Notes under the pieces: model-generated
Told to the model about the DNA's origin: nothing
Databases searched by the model: none
The model's input: the letters and a program-made list of their open reading frames with translations, nothing else
Position numbers and translations under genes: made by a program
Assembly (NCBI GenBank): GCA_965223095.1
Contig: OZ244979.1
Location: forward strand, 1,525,744 to 1,589,743
Length of the DNA: 64,000 bases
DNA from: Gammaproteobacteria bacterium
GTDB lineage: Bacteria; Pseudomonadota; Gammaproteobacteria; Steroidobacterales; GCA-2729495
Reading direction: 5' to 3'
Shown here: piece by piece, positions 15,959 to 26,577 of the stretch
How the letters are laid out: each line of letters begins with the position of its first letter
Position numbering within the stretch: position 1 is the first letter of the stretch

Positions 15959-17755
15959 TTACACGGTGTATCCGTAGTCGTCAATGAAGCGCTTAACGAG
16001 AGGGATGAATGGCTCAATCTCTGATCGATAAGATACCCAGCGATTGCTCGATGAAGTGTATATCTCCCTAGTGACTTGACCGCTCGAGGGTGTATCGATA
16101 ATTCGGTTCTTATTAAATTCGTAGAACCGCAGAAAGTCGTCGTTTTCTTTGTACGCTAAGGCTCGGAATATTTTGCGTCCCTCAGACTCAAAGTCGCTGA
16201 CAAGCGATTCGTACTTCACTGTGTGTATGTCCAGTTCTAATTCCGCGCGGAATCTCTCAAACAGACCCATCACTGCTGCGTATCTCTCGAAGCAACGACG
16301 AAGCTCGGTGAAATGTATCATTTCCTCATTGAGCGCAAAGGGCTGTTGATAACAGCTAATACAGACGTCTAAAGGGTGCCGAAGGGAAAGAATGAACTTC
16401 GCTCTCGGAAACAAAGTGCTGATCAAAGGAATGTGAATAATATTCAGCGGTAACTTGTCGATGACAATATCGAAATCTTGATCTTCCGGTAGGTATCTTC
16501 GGTTCTGACTGAAATATGCTTTGCGCATTCTAATTATGTCTTCGCTAGACGCAGACGATAGTCCTTGTGGATAATGCCGCCCGGTCTTTCGCAATCTGCC
16601 AATCGCGAAACCCACGCCATTCTTCTCGCTTAGCGTTGCGATACCCGGTTGGCTAACGAGCACGGTGTCGAGCAGCGTCGTCCCCGACCTGGGGAACCCA
16701 ACCATAAACACGGGTTCGTAGGGTAAATCCTCATTCACGGTAACCTGTCGTAGTTTCGTTAAATCTAGCGCCAGATAAGCGGGTACATAGTCGTGATCAC
16801 GACTCTCGTTATATAAAGAGCGGGACAAAGTATTCATTGCCGCAAAACTGCGTTGTGCCTCTTGGTGCCGACCCAGCGCCCGCAATGACTGTCCTCGGAA
16901 GGCATGCAGACGAACGGTTTCGACTCCGGCGCCCTGCTCTCGAATAAATGATTCGGTTAGCAGCATCAGGGCCTGCTCATGACGATCTGCCAAACAATGG
17001 ATTTCCGCTTGCAGCCTACTGATGGGAAGGTCTGTGCCCTGCTGATACGAAATTTCATCAAGGATCGTTTGGGCTTCCGCCAACATCCCGAACTTTATCA
17101 GCCAACTTAGAAGGCCCTTAGGATTATTATTCGAAACGGCCCTTTTGTTACGAAGCAAAGCCGTTAACAAGGTTTTGCCACTGTCTTTCTCATCGAGTGC
17201 GTAATAGGCGCTCAGCAACCATTCAATGACCTGCGGTTCCATCGTGTGTCTCTCGAAGTCATTGGCATGGCGGACGAGTTCCCGAAAGTTTTGATTGGCG
17301 AGGCATACTGCACAAAGTTTTCGGCGAATATGTTCCTGAGCCTTGCCCGTGCATAGTGCGAGCGATGCCTCCAGGTATTTTCTTATCCGGTCGAGCACCT
17401 CCCTGGTGCGATTACCGGAGAGGTAGAGTAAATCGGCCACACGGCTGAGAATTGCGGCTCGCTCGTTTGCGTCTTCGGCAAAGTCAAGATGAGAATCATA
17501 GGCGTCGGCTGCCCCAAGATAATTCTTCTGCGACTCTAAAGCCCTGCCGAGTAAAAGGGTGCTGCGCCTGGTATATCCCGCGTGAGATTCGTGCAACTTG
17601 CGCAGGATTGTCTCAGCTTGTTGAAACTGTTGTTTGGCGAATGCCTCAGCTGCTTGAGCAAGTTGTGTTTCGGCAAAGGTATCTGCTGCTGGTTCTGAAC
17701 CGTTTGGGCTGCGCATCCAGGGATTATGCGATAAATAATCGGTGATTCGGTTCAT
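15959..17755 (-). CDS. TPR-repeat protein fused to a PAPS-dependent sulfotransferase domain
   Basis: 598 aa. The N-terminal two thirds are helical and TPR-like. The C-terminal domain carries the sulfotransferase 5'-PSB loop (FMVGFPRSGTTLLDTVL) and a later RHPLD segment. The DNA is visibly AT-richer than the flanks. Confidence 0.8.
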   Translation of the reverse strand: MNRITDYLSHNPWMRSPNGSEPAADTFAETQLAQAAEAFAKQQFQQAETILRKLHESHAGYTRRSTLLLGRALESQKNYLGAADAYDSHLDFAEDANERAAILSRVADLLYLSGNRTREVLDRIRKYLEASLALCTGKAQEHIRRKLCAVCLANQNFRELVRHANDFERHTMEPQVIEWLLSAYYALDEKDSGKTLLTALLRNKRAVSNNNPKGLLSWLIKFGMLAEAQTILDEISYQQGTDLPISRLQAEIHCLADRHEQALMLLTESFIREQGAGVETVRLHAFRGQSLRALGRHQEAQRSFAAMNTLSRSLYNESRDHDYVPAYLALDLTKLRQVTVNEDLPYEPVFMVGFPRSGTTLLDTVLVSQPGIATLSEKNGVGFAIGRLRKTGRHYPQGLSSASSEDIIRMRKAYFSQNRRYLPEDQDFDIVIDKLPLNIIHIPLISTLFPRAKFILSLRHPLDVCISCYQQPFALNEEMIHFTELRRCFERYAAVMGLFERFRAELELDIHTVKYESLVSDFESEGRKIFRALAYKENDDFLRFYEFNKNRIIDTPSSGQVTREIYTSSSNRWVSYRSEIEPFIPLVKRFIDDYGYTV

Positions 17756-17910
17756 ATTTTACCAAGGCGCCGATGCCCGCTTTGGGTCGCTTGCTTGCGC
17801 TCGCCCGGGGGGTTAGGAACACACTCGGTACCGTGAGGCCCGCCTTCGGTAACATCGCCGCACGGCATTCTGCCTGTAGGCGAATCATGATCGGCTGGCG
17901 CTTTGGTGCG

Positions 17911-18660
17911 TTAAGCCTTGCTGCCGCAGACTGGGCAATCTGGGCGTGGTCCGATTTTTATACTGCGCGAACTGCCCGCCAGACCGTCGTATATCCACAG
18001 ATGATTGTTGAGTTTGGAATCTAGCCCCAAAATTAGCTTGATGGCCTCGGTAGCCATCATACAGCCGATAGTCCCCGCAACCGGACCCAAGATACCTTGG
18101 CCGGCGCAGTTCTCCAGCGTTTCATCCGCGTCGCTATACAGACATTGATAACAGGGTCCACCGCCCAGGTCATGGCGGAACACGGCTAACTGACCTTCAA
18201 AGCGGATCGCCGCGCCACTAACCAGCGGGGTATGGGTTTGGGCGCAGGCCGCGTTGATGGCGGTGCGCGTTGCAAAGTTATCACTGCAATCCAAGGCTAG
18301 GTCGCAGGCCGCCAGGGTTTCGCCGAGGCTTACCGAATCTAGGCGAGTGTTGAGGGTGGAGAGTTTCACGCCGGGTGCAAATTGGGCTAGCCGTGTTTTC
18401 GCCGCCTCGGCCTTATAAACGCCGATATCCTCGGGCTGAAACAGAATCTGTCTTGGCAAGTTGCTGGCATCCACGCGATCGAAGTCGTTGAGTAACAAAT
18501 ATCCAGTGCCCGCGTTGGCCAAGTACAAGGATGCGGGAGCGCCCAGTCCGCCGAGGCCGACAATTAAGACTTTGCTTTCTGCCAGTCGTGTTTGTCCCGC
18601 CGCGCCGATTTGCGGTAAGGCGAGCTGGCGGCTGTAGCGCAGCGGGTCTGGATCACTCAA
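17911..18660 (-). CDS. moeB: ThiF/MoeB-family adenylyltransferase (molybdopterin-synthase adenylyltransferase type)
   Basis: 249 aa with an RYSRQ N-terminus, the Rossmann motif GLGGLGAP and two CxxC pairs (CYQC, CPVC). It follows prmC, as in the Pseudomonas prfA-prmC-moeB order. Confidence 0.85.
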   Translation of the reverse strand: MSDPDPLRYSRQLALPQIGAAGQTRLAESKVLIVGLGGLGAPASLYLANAGTGYLLLNDFDRVDASNLPRQILFQPEDIGVYKAEAAKTRLAQFAPGVKLSTLNTRLDSVSLGETLAACDLALDCSDNFATRTAINAACAQTHTPLVSGAAIRFEGQLAVFRHDLGGGPCYQCLYSDADETLENCAGQGILGPVAGTIGCMMATEAIKLILGLDSKLNNHLWIYDGLAGSSRSIKIGPRPDCPVCGSKA

Positions 18661-19537
18661 GGCCGGCGTCGTCCTCTGGCCTTTGGCCTTCGGTGACGCG
18701 AGGCCGGCCGGGTAGATCTCGGTAGGTCACGATAGCGGTAAAGCCGGCTTCTTGAAAGAGTCGTACCACCGCCGGACCTTGCCGGAAACCATGTTCCACC
18801 ATCAGCCAAGCGCCGGGCTTTAGGTGTTTTGGGGCTTGCGCAATTATCTTCCTGAGCGCCATGAGTCCATCTTTACCGGCCCGCAGGGCTAGGCTGGGTT
18901 CATAGCCGAGTTCATACTTGCGCAGCATCCATTCTTGGTCAGCGACGTAGGGTGGGTTGCTCACCACCAGATCAAATTGCTGATCACTCACCGGCCCGAA
19001 CCAGTCACCAAATCGAAAGTCGATGCGGCCGAGTCGGTAGCTACGTGCGTTGTACTCGGCGACGGCCAGGGCTGCTTCACTGAAATCGGTGGCGACGATA
19101 CTGGCCGACTTACGCTCCTTGGCTAAGGCCAGGGCGATGGCGCCGGTACCCGTGCCGAGATCCAAGATCGTATGCGACTCATCTTCAGGCAGTTTCTTCA
19201 GCGCGCATTCAACGAGTAGCTCAGTTTCCGGTCGTGGTATTAGCGTGTCTTTGGTGACGCTCAGTTTCATGGACCAAAATTCGCGCGAGCCAAGGATTTG
19301 TGCCACCGGACGGCCAGAGCGGCGTTCCTTCAAGAGTCCTAAAAATCGTTCCGCAACTTGCGTGCGCACCAAGATATCCGAGTCGCTGATCAAGCGCGGG
19401 CGCTTCCAGCCCAGACAGTGGGCCAGCATCAATTCTGCATCCAGGCGCGCGGAGGTGCTGCTGCCTTTAAGCATCTGGGTACTTTTGCGCAACAAATCCG
19501 CTACGCTCAATTCGCCGCTGGCTAGATCTGCGTCCAT
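18653..19537 (-). CDS. prmC: Release-factor glutamine N5-methyltransferase
   Basis: The ORF runs to 19744, but that extension overlaps the divergent gene. ATG 19537 (MDADLASGELSVADLL...) gives a standard 294-aa HemK with the GTGTGAIALAL SAM motif and the NPPY catalytic motif. Confidence 0.9.
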   Translation of the reverse strand: MDADLASGELSVADLLRKSTQMLKGSSTSARLDAELMLAHCLGWKRPRLISDSDILVRTQVAERFLGLLKERRSGRPVAQILGSREFWSMKLSVTKDTLIPRPETELLVECALKKLPEDESHTILDLGTGTGAIALALAKERKSASIVATDFSEAALAVAEYNARSYRLGRIDFRFGDWFGPVSDQQFDLVVSNPPYVADQEWMLRKYELGYEPSLALRAGKDGLMALRKIIAQAPKHLKPGAWLMVEHGFRQGPAVVRLFQEAGFTAIVTYRDLPGRPRVTEGQRPEDDAGLE

Positions 19538-19653
19538 GCCTATTCGTGTGTTAGCCTGCAAAAATCCATCGTCCCTTTTACCACAGCCTGGGGCCGACAA
19601 AGTTGATCTATTCGTCAATAGACGAAACTCCATTGCATGCTTAGGCAACATCC

Positions 19654-20814
19654 ATGAGTAAGCGAGCCAAGTCCGAGCAATTCGCCACCGCCTGTATTCA
19701 TGCGGGTGACACCATCGATGCCGCCACGGGTGCGGTGATGCCACCGATCTATACGGCCAGCACTTACCGCCAGGCGGATTTCGGCGAGCCCCAAGAACAC
19801 GCTTATTCGCGGGCCACGAATCCCACGCGCGATGCCCTGGAGCGCTGCGTTGCGGAACTGGAATCCGGCACCCGCGGCATCGCCTATGGATCGGGTATGG
19901 CGGCCACGGCGGGCGTGTTGGATTTGCTCGATGCGGGCGATCATGTGGTGGCGCCCACGGATCTTTATGGCGGAACGCTGCGCTTGTTGACGCAGGTGCG
20001 TGCCCGCAACGCGGGCCTTCAATTTAGCCTGGTTGATTTCACCGATCTAGATGCCGTTGCCGATGCCCTGCGCCCCGAAACGCGGCTGATTTGGGTCGAG
20101 ACGCCCACCAATCCCCTGCTAAAGCTCATCGATTTGCAAGCCGTTGCCGCCCTAGGTCGTGAGCAGGGTGCCTTGGTGGCCGTTGATAACACCTTCGCCA
20201 CGCCTTGTTTGCAACGCCCCTTGGAGCTGGGCTGCGACATCACCATGCATTCCACGACCAAGTATTTGGGCGGTCATTCGGATGTCATCGGTGGCATTAA
20301 TATTGTTAAGGATGAAAACCTGGCGCGTGAGCTGAAGTCCTTGCGCAGCGCGGTGGGTTCGGTACCCAGTCCCTTCGATGCCTATCTGGTATTGCGGGGC
20401 GTTAAGACTTTGGCCTTGCGGATGGAATGCCATAATCGAAACGCCTTAGCCATTGCCGAGTGGCTACATGCTGAAAGCGCAGCAGCCGGCGTTTGCTATC
20501 CGGGTTTGCCGGATCATCCGCAACACGAGTTAGCGCGTTCACAAATGAGCGGCTTTGGCGGCATGTTGGTGTTCAGCTTGCAAGGTGATGTCCGGCGGTT
20601 TATGAACGCCTTGCAAGTGTTCACCGTGGCCGAAAGCTTGGGCGGTGTAGAAAGTTTGGCGGGTCATCCGGCCAGCATGAGTCATTCCAATGTGCCGCCG
20701 CCGCAGCGCCGGGCCATGGGAATACCCGATAATTTGCTGCGTTTGTCCGTGGGCATCGAAGCGCTCGATGACTTGCGTGAGGATCTGGCCCAGGCTTTCT
20801 CCGCGGCGGTCTAG
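19654..20814 (+). CDS. Cys/Met-metabolism PLP enzyme (cystathionine gamma-lyase / gamma-synthase / beta-lyase family)
   Basis: 386 aa with a conserved N-terminus (TACIHAG...PPIYTASTY) and the PLP-lysine motif STTKYLGGHSD. Substrate specificity cannot be told from the sequence alone. Confidence 0.9.
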   Translation: MSKRAKSEQFATACIHAGDTIDAATGAVMPPIYTASTYRQADFGEPQEHAYSRATNPTRDALERCVAELESGTRGIAYGSGMAATAGVLDLLDAGDHVVAPTDLYGGTLRLLTQVRARNAGLQFSLVDFTDLDAVADALRPETRLIWVETPTNPLLKLIDLQAVAALGREQGALVAVDNTFATPCLQRPLELGCDITMHSTTKYLGGHSDVIGGINIVKDENLARELKSLRSAVGSVPSPFDAYLVLRGVKTLALRMECHNRNALAIAEWLHAESAAAGVCYPGLPDHPQHELARSQMSGFGGMLVFSLQGDVRRFMNALQVFTVAESLGGVESLAGHPASMSHSNVPPPQRRAMGIPDNLLRLSVGIEALDDLREDLAQAFSAAV

Positions 20815-20875
20815 GCCGCGGATCGGGCTTTACGCATTTGCCGCGCGATTTTCGCTGATTTGGTGCTCGTCTCGC

Positions 20876-22171
20876 TCAGAAGTTATAGCGAAGCCTGAGA
20901 TAAGCATTGCTGGCATCGTCAAACTGGCCAAAGAAAGTCTGCGGTTTTCGTCCGCCGAAAAAATTCAGCCCGGCGCTGAAGCGCCAGTTGTCGTCGTACC
21001 GAAAATCCAGCACCGGCCGCAGGTAGAAATCATGGTCGCTGGGCGAAATAAAGGCGAACAAAGACCAAGTCAGCCTTTCCTGATGCGTTCGGTAGCTCAG
21101 CCGTGTGGTGAACAGATGCCGATATTCGTCAACCTCTAGTTCGGGATTGCTGGATCCGGCAAGCAAGCGCTGGTGATCTTGGGTCCACTCCAGATAGTAC
21201 TGGAGCCCCACGGTAAAGTTGCTGAGCCATTCCCGCTCGAAGCCAGTCAGGAAGCGCAACTGATCATTCGGTACGTTTGGGTTGTTACCTTGGCGGTCGT
21301 TGCGGGAGGCATGGTAGGCGATTTCGATATTCCAGATGCCCGATAAGGCCGGCCGGCGGAGGCTGCCGCCCAGGCTGGTCAATGGCGCAAAGCGACTCTG
21401 TGATGAGTTCGAGAAGTCGCTGGGCGCCTTGAAAAAACCCCGATGGGCGTACAAGGCATATTCAACCCCGCGCCAAGTGCTAAACAGGCGTAGTGAGAAT
21501 TCTCCGTTACGAAAATTTCGGGCCGGGCGCTGGGCGCCGAACGGTGGCTTAGGTGACACCAAGCGCTCCGCAAGAGGCGAATAAAACGAGAATCTTTGGC
21601 CGGTGATGTAATCGTCCGATGTAAAGCCCGGTGTCCAGGCAAAGTCTAAGTTCACCAGACTCGCGTATTGGGTCAATCTGATACTCGTGGATGGTGCTTT
21701 TAAGTATTCGTCGTCGCGGCCGGCGAAAAAACTGACCCAATCCTTCGGAAAAAAATCGTTCAGGAAGAGTAGATCGCCCGTTCCCCAGGTTAAGACTTGC
21801 CGGCCGGCTTTGACATCCAGCTCCTTGAATGGGCTGCCCGCAATGACCAGTTCACGAAATTCACCGTCGATTTCTTGATCGATGCCGTCGAGAATGCCGT
21901 CGACTTTCAGGCTGAGGAGAAATTTCTCAGCTTGCCAACTGGTTTCCAAGCGCAAACGACTATCGGCGAGGGTCCCGCGTCTGCCGACTAGGCGATCTTC
22001 GCGCCAGCGGCTACCGCCGGCGGCTTCGACGAAACCGGACCAAGCTAAGCTTGTGTTGGCTTCGTCGGCCCAAGGGTCGTCATCCCAATCGTCAGTCTGG
22101 GCGAAAGCCCCTGCGTAAATACAACTGATACCCAGCAACAGGCCCAAGCACTGCCCGATCAGTCGAGGCAT
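20876..22171 (-). CDS. Predicted beta-barrel outer-membrane protein, last gene of the RND/LolA-like operon
   Basis: The start is set at MPRLIGQCLGLLLGISCIYAGAFAQ (a signal peptide), 2 nt after the upstream stop. The protein has alternating beta-strand-like sequence and a C-terminal aromatic residue (LRLRYNF). Confidence 0.7.
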   Translation of the reverse strand: MPRLIGQCLGLLLGISCIYAGAFAQTDDWDDDPWADEANTSLAWSGFVEAAGGSRWREDRLVGRRGTLADSRLRLETSWQAEKFLLSLKVDGILDGIDQEIDGEFRELVIAGSPFKELDVKAGRQVLTWGTGDLLFLNDFFPKDWVSFFAGRDDEYLKAPSTSIRLTQYASLVNLDFAWTPGFTSDDYITGQRFSFYSPLAERLVSPKPPFGAQRPARNFRNGEFSLRLFSTWRGVEYALYAHRGFFKAPSDFSNSSQSRFAPLTSLGGSLRRPALSGIWNIEIAYHASRNDRQGNNPNVPNDQLRFLTGFEREWLSNFTVGLQYYLEWTQDHQRLLAGSSNPELEVDEYRHLFTTRLSYRTHQERLTWSLFAFISPSDHDFYLRPVLDFRYDDNWRFSAGLNFFGGRKPQTFFGQFDDASNAYLRLRYNF

Positions 22172-22173
22172 GT

Positions 22174-22986
22174 TTAGCCTGGTGTTCGCCGCAGCCATTC
22201 CCGCGGCGGACTACGCAGGGAACGTTCGGAAAATATTTCCGCCGGTATTCCCAAGTCATAAGCAATATGGCGGAATTGCAAATCGGTATACGCTCCGGAA
22301 TCAATATCGCTGACTCGGCTCTTGGTCACCGTTGGGTAGGCGCCAATGGTTTGTGTCTCCATGACTTCCACACGGCGAAAAACTTTGCCTTGAGCATCGA
22401 GATACTCGATCTTCATGGGCAAAAAGTTTTCGCGGTCAATCCAACTTCGATAGCGATTAAATTCAACCAGCGATGGGTCCTTGGGAACGTGCTCCAAGCG
22501 ATAATACTCGTCGTCGGTGGCCAACAACTTGTGCCGGTCATCCTCGGGGCTGCGGCCCGAGACATCCTCATAGTAGTAGTGGGCGCCTACGAAACTGGTG
22601 CGCTTATCTCCGGCAACCACGCGTTTGATTAAATCCAGCCCCGGTAAATAGATCCAGCGGTCGTCATCGCGTCCCACATGCTTGTTGACCAAATAAACCG
22701 TGCCGCGAACATCGCTGGGCTGGCTAAACACGACCAAGAAATCTTGATCGCCTCCAGGGGCTAGCTTGCGTCTTAGGATCGTAAACTGTCGCCGTTGTTT
22801 TCGGCCCTGGGCATCGTGAATGACCATACGGGCTTCGCTGCGGCCATCCGCGCCCGCATAGTAGGCCGCCAAATTGGCGCGGGCGACAATCTCATTCGCA
22901 TCGCTCAAGCTTGCGCCCGTATCCGCCCGGACGCTGGAACAGATAATAAGGACAAGGATGCTTGGCCAGTCGTGCAGCTTTATCAT
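22174..22986 (-). CDS. LolA-like outer-membrane lipoprotein-sorting-type protein
   Basis: 270 aa with a signal peptide. The sequence resembles the LolA_like family (RMVIHDAQGRKQRRQFTILRR...DRWIYLPGLDLIKRV...YYYEDVSG). It has an ATGA overlap with the RND gene. Confidence 0.75.
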   Translation of the reverse strand: MIKLHDWPSILVLIICSSVRADTGASLSDANEIVARANLAAYYAGADGRSEARMVIHDAQGRKQRRQFTILRRKLAPGGDQDFLVVFSQPSDVRGTVYLVNKHVGRDDDRWIYLPGLDLIKRVVAGDKRTSFVGAHYYYEDVSGRSPEDDRHKLLATDDEYYRLEHVPKDPSLVEFNRYRSWIDRENFLPMKIEYLDAQGKVFRRVEVMETQTIGAYPTVTKSRVSDIDSGAYTDLQFRHIAYDLGIPAEIFSERSLRSPPREWLRRTPG

Positions 22987-25532
22987 TGTTTTGCCCTGTT
23001 TAGCCTCGGCGATGGCAAGACCGCGCTTACCGCGGGCAGCAGCAATAAAGTCGCGATGCCTGAAATCGCCATAATCGCCGCCATGAATGCGCCTACCGTG
23101 ACATAGGGTATCAAGGGGGCAAGAAACAACGGTGTGAACCCCAAGGCGATCACCAGGGCGTTACGGGAGATTGCCCGTGCCGGCTCTTCGAATAGTAGCT
23201 TTGCGGACTCACCGAACGATCCGGTGCTCGCGTAGAAACTGCGCTGGCGTTGAATGAAGTGAATGGCGAAATCCACGGACAAGCCCAAGGTCAAAGCCGA
23301 TAAGACTGCAATCGGCATGTCATAGTCCTTACCCAGCCAGCCGATCAAGCCATAAACGAATAGGATGGTGACGCTCAGCGGGAGCATGGCCATCAGGCCA
23401 AGGCGAAGTGACCGAAACAGCAGGCTCATCATCACAAAAACCGCCGCGAAAGCACCCAGTAGGCTTTTTAGCATGCCGGCCACCATGGCTTGTTGCCACA
23501 CCACATTGATATAGGATTTGCCCGCCCATTGCGCGGTGACCCCGGGCGGTAGTGGATTGTTTTGCAGGAAGTCATCCGTGGCCTCGATCACTGCGCTCAT
23601 GTCTTTATTATCGCCGCTGCGTAACTGCAACCAGATGGCGGTATGGCGTAAGTCCGGCGTGACCAGATGCCAAAGATCTTGGGGCCGATGCGACGATTGA
23701 TACTGCAATAGCGTTTGCGCCACGCCCTGGCTACTGTCGGGTATTTGGTATTCCTGCGGATTGCCACCCCGCAATTCGCGCGCAACGACTTTAACCACGT
23801 CGGGCAGCGCATTCGTTTTGCCTACAAATCCTGTCGCCACTAGGTGTTTCTGTAAGTTTTCGATGATAGCTAAGGCTGCCGGTTGCTGAAAATACTTCGA
23901 TTGGCTTTGGTGTCTTTCCGCTAGGTCCAACAATTCTTCTAGCGGCCCCAGCGCTGCATCGTCAGCGGCAAATAGGGCATCGTCCACCATTGCCACGAAG
24001 GCGCCAAAATCCTCGCTAGCCACCAAGCTAGATAGCCCATCGCTGAGCTCGTCGACATCCGCACCCTCAGCTGCGGCTTCAGCCAGCAGCACTTTTGCCT
24101 TATTCATAAATTCCGTCGACGCGCGGTCATCCGCGTGGCTCAGTACCAGGAAGGCGTCATAGGTTCCCGCGAAATGTTCGTTGAGTAGCGCATCGGCGAC
24201 CCGTATTCGATGATCAGCTTTAAACCAACGCACCGGGTTATCGTTGATTTCAATCCGGGGTAGTCCAGCGAAGCTGATGCCGGCGAGCAATACCGATGCC
24301 GCGACGATGGGCCAGGGGTTCGCGAAGGCGAAACGACCCAGCCGTCGTAAGATTTTTGCCAAGGTCGAGTCCGCATGATCCGAATTGTCGCCATGACTTG
24401 CTAGCACAGCCAATTCACGCGGCGTCATGCGCACTAAGTAAGCGGGTACAAAGACGATGGTCAAAATAAAGGCCAGCAATATGCCGATGGCGACGAAGGC
24501 ACCGAAAATTTGCACCGGGGGAATCGGCGTGAGCATTAAGGAGAGAAAGCCGGCGGCCGAGGTAAGGGAGGTAAATAGCATGGGCTTAAAGAGCCGGCCC
24601 GTGACCGCGCGGATGGTGTTTTGTGCGCCCGCTTCTTCACGGTAGCGGTCAGCGAATTCCGACAGAATATGCACCGAGTCCACGACGGCAATTGGCATCA
24701 AAAAGATCGGGATCATGGAGCTCATGATATGCACGGTATAGCCGAGGCCGATCAGTAGTCCCATGGTGATGATCACCGTGGCCAGGGCGACGATCATGGG
24801 CGCGATGACCAGGCGCCAGCTGGCGAAAAAATAGGCCATGAGCAAGAAAATCATCAGCCCCGCTAGCGGCGCGCTAATCCCCATTTGCACGAACATTTCT
24901 GTGCCGAAGGTGTCCTCAGCCACGGGCAACCCAGTGATGTGAAACTCCGTGGGGCCCTCGATCGTATCCGCCAGCGTTTGGATTTCGCGGGCGATGGGAT
25001 AACTTAAATCCTTGCTGACAATGGGCACGTAGATGGCGGCAGCCTGGCCGTCCGCGGACACCAGGGTGTTGTTGAGCAGTGGTAAGCGCTGCACCTGCTC
25101 GCGAATTTTACCGGCGCCGGCGAGGGTCGTCGGCGCGGCTTTCATCATCCATTCGAAGCGGATGGCGCCGCCTTCGCCCTGTGAAATATTGTCCGCGGTG
25201 GCCAAGGACATCAGATCAGCAGTGATGACCCCATCCAATTGCAGAATCGCTTCGCTGAGGGTTTGCAAGGCGGCCAGGGATTCGGGGTTGTATATACCAC
25301 TCGGGCTGTCGGTATTTACTAAGCCTACGACGATGGCGTCATGCAACATGAAACGCGCTTCGACCTCGTTGTGAAAAACGCGGTCGACCTGATCGGCGGG
25401 CAGCATGTTCTCCGGATCGGTATCGATACGAATCTTTAGCAGTTGCGCGCCCAGTAACAGGCAGAGGGCGGCGACTAGTCCGTAAACCAGTCGTGGTTTT
25501 TGTGTGGCAAGGTTCAGAAGTTGTCTCTGCAT
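22983..25532 (-). CDS. RND-superfamily / MMPL-type exporter (two 6-TM bundles)
   Basis: 849 aa with two hydrophobic blocks separated by a large soluble loop, the typical MMPL/HpnN-like architecture. Confidence 0.9.
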   Translation of the reverse strand: MQRQLLNLATQKPRLVYGLVAALCLLLGAQLLKIRIDTDPENMLPADQVDRVFHNEVEARFMLHDAIVVGLVNTDSPSGIYNPESLAALQTLSEAILQLDGVITADLMSLATADNISQGEGGAIRFEWMMKAAPTTLAGAGKIREQVQRLPLLNNTLVSADGQAAAIYVPIVSKDLSYPIAREIQTLADTIEGPTEFHITGLPVAEDTFGTEMFVQMGISAPLAGLMIFLLMAYFFASWRLVIAPMIVALATVIITMGLLIGLGYTVHIMSSMIPIFLMPIAVVDSVHILSEFADRYREEAGAQNTIRAVTGRLFKPMLFTSLTSAAGFLSLMLTPIPPVQIFGAFVAIGILLAFILTIVFVPAYLVRMTPRELAVLASHGDNSDHADSTLAKILRRLGRFAFANPWPIVAASVLLAGISFAGLPRIEINDNPVRWFKADHRIRVADALLNEHFAGTYDAFLVLSHADDRASTEFMNKAKVLLAEAAAEGADVDELSDGLSSLVASEDFGAFVAMVDDALFAADDAALGPLEELLDLAERHQSQSKYFQQPAALAIIENLQKHLVATGFVGKTNALPDVVKVVARELRGGNPQEYQIPDSSQGVAQTLLQYQSSHRPQDLWHLVTPDLRHTAIWLQLRSGDNKDMSAVIEATDDFLQNNPLPPGVTAQWAGKSYINVVWQQAMVAGMLKSLLGAFAAVFVMMSLLFRSLRLGLMAMLPLSVTILFVYGLIGWLGKDYDMPIAVLSALTLGLSVDFAIHFIQRQRSFYASTGSFGESAKLLFEEPARAISRNALVIALGFTPLFLAPLIPYVTVGAFMAAIMAISGIATLLLLPAVSAVLPSPRLNRAKQ

Positions 25533-25566
25533 GTCTTAGGGCTTGATGCGTGCTGGCTGTCCCGGA

Positions 25567-26577
25567 TCAACCCTCCAAGTCCAGCCACTGGGGTAATTCC
25601 AAGCCCTTGGAAGCCAGAAATTCCCGATTAAACAAGCGCGCCCGGTAGCGCATGGCGCCATCGCAGAGAATGGTGACAATGGTATGTCCCGGGCCGAGTT
25701 CTCTGGCTAGGCGAATAGCCCCGGCGACGTTGACACCCGTGGATCCGCCCAGTGACAAGCCTTCATGCTTGATCATTTCATAAACCAGCGGAATCGATTC
25801 GGTATCGGGAATTTGATAGGGGGCATCAATCAGGGTGTCAGCCAGGTTGTCGGTGATACGAGAATTGCCGATGCCCTCGGAAATTGAACCGCCCTCGGCT
25901 TTCAGTTCTCCGTGCCGGTAATAATTATAAAGTGCCGAGCCCGTTGGGTCGGCGAGGCCAATGGCAATATCAGTGTCGTGATCTTTTAGCGCGCGGGCAA
26001 TCCCGGCCAGGGTGCCACCGGTGCCCACGGAGCAAATAAACCCCTGCAGCTCACCGTCGGTTTGCGCCCAAATTTCTTGGCCGGTGGTTGCTTGATGGAT
26101 ATCACGATTGGCCGTGTTGTTGAACTGATTGGCCCAAATCGCGCTGCCGGGGTCTTTGTCATTGAGTTCGGCGGCAATGCGCTCCGAAACCTTCGTGAAG
26201 TGATTGGGATCTTTCAGCGGTACCGCCGGCACCAGGCGCACATCGGGGCCATAGGATTTCAGCGTGTCGATCTTGTCCCGGCTTTGATTATCCGGCATCA
26301 CGATGATGCTGCGGTAACCGAGGCAATTGCCCACAACGGCTAAGCCAATGCCGGTATTGCCCGCGGTGCCTTCGACGATGGTCCCGCCAGGTCGCAGCAG
26401 GCCCCGTGCCTCGGCATCTCGTACTATCCCCAGCGCCGCGCGGTCTTTAACCGAACCGCCGGGGTTCATGAATTCCGCTTTGCCGAGAATCTCGCAGCCG
26501 GTGGCATCCGAGGCCTGGTTCAAACGAATCAGCGGTGTGTTACCGATGCGTGCAATGGTGTCGGGATAAGTCTTCAT
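25567..26577 (-). CDS. Cysteine synthase / cystathionine beta-synthase-like PLP enzyme (CysK/CBS family, no CBS pair)
   Basis: 336 aa with IGNTPLIRL, the PLP-lysine motif GGSVKDR, the GNTGIGLA loop and GTGGT. Confidence 0.9.
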   Translation of the reverse strand: MKTYPDTIARIGNTPLIRLNQASDATGCEILGKAEFMNPGGSVKDRAALGIVRDAEARGLLRPGGTIVEGTAGNTGIGLAVVGNCLGYRSIIVMPDNQSRDKIDTLKSYGPDVRLVPAVPLKDPNHFTKVSERIAAELNDKDPGSAIWANQFNNTANRDIHQATTGQEIWAQTDGELQGFICSVGTGGTLAGIARALKDHDTDIAIGLADPTGSALYNYYRHGELKAEGGSISEGIGNSRITDNLADTLIDAPYQIPDTESIPLVYEMIKHEGLSLGGSTGVNVAGAIRLARELGPGHTIVTILCDGAMRYRARLFNREFLASKGLELPQWLDLEG

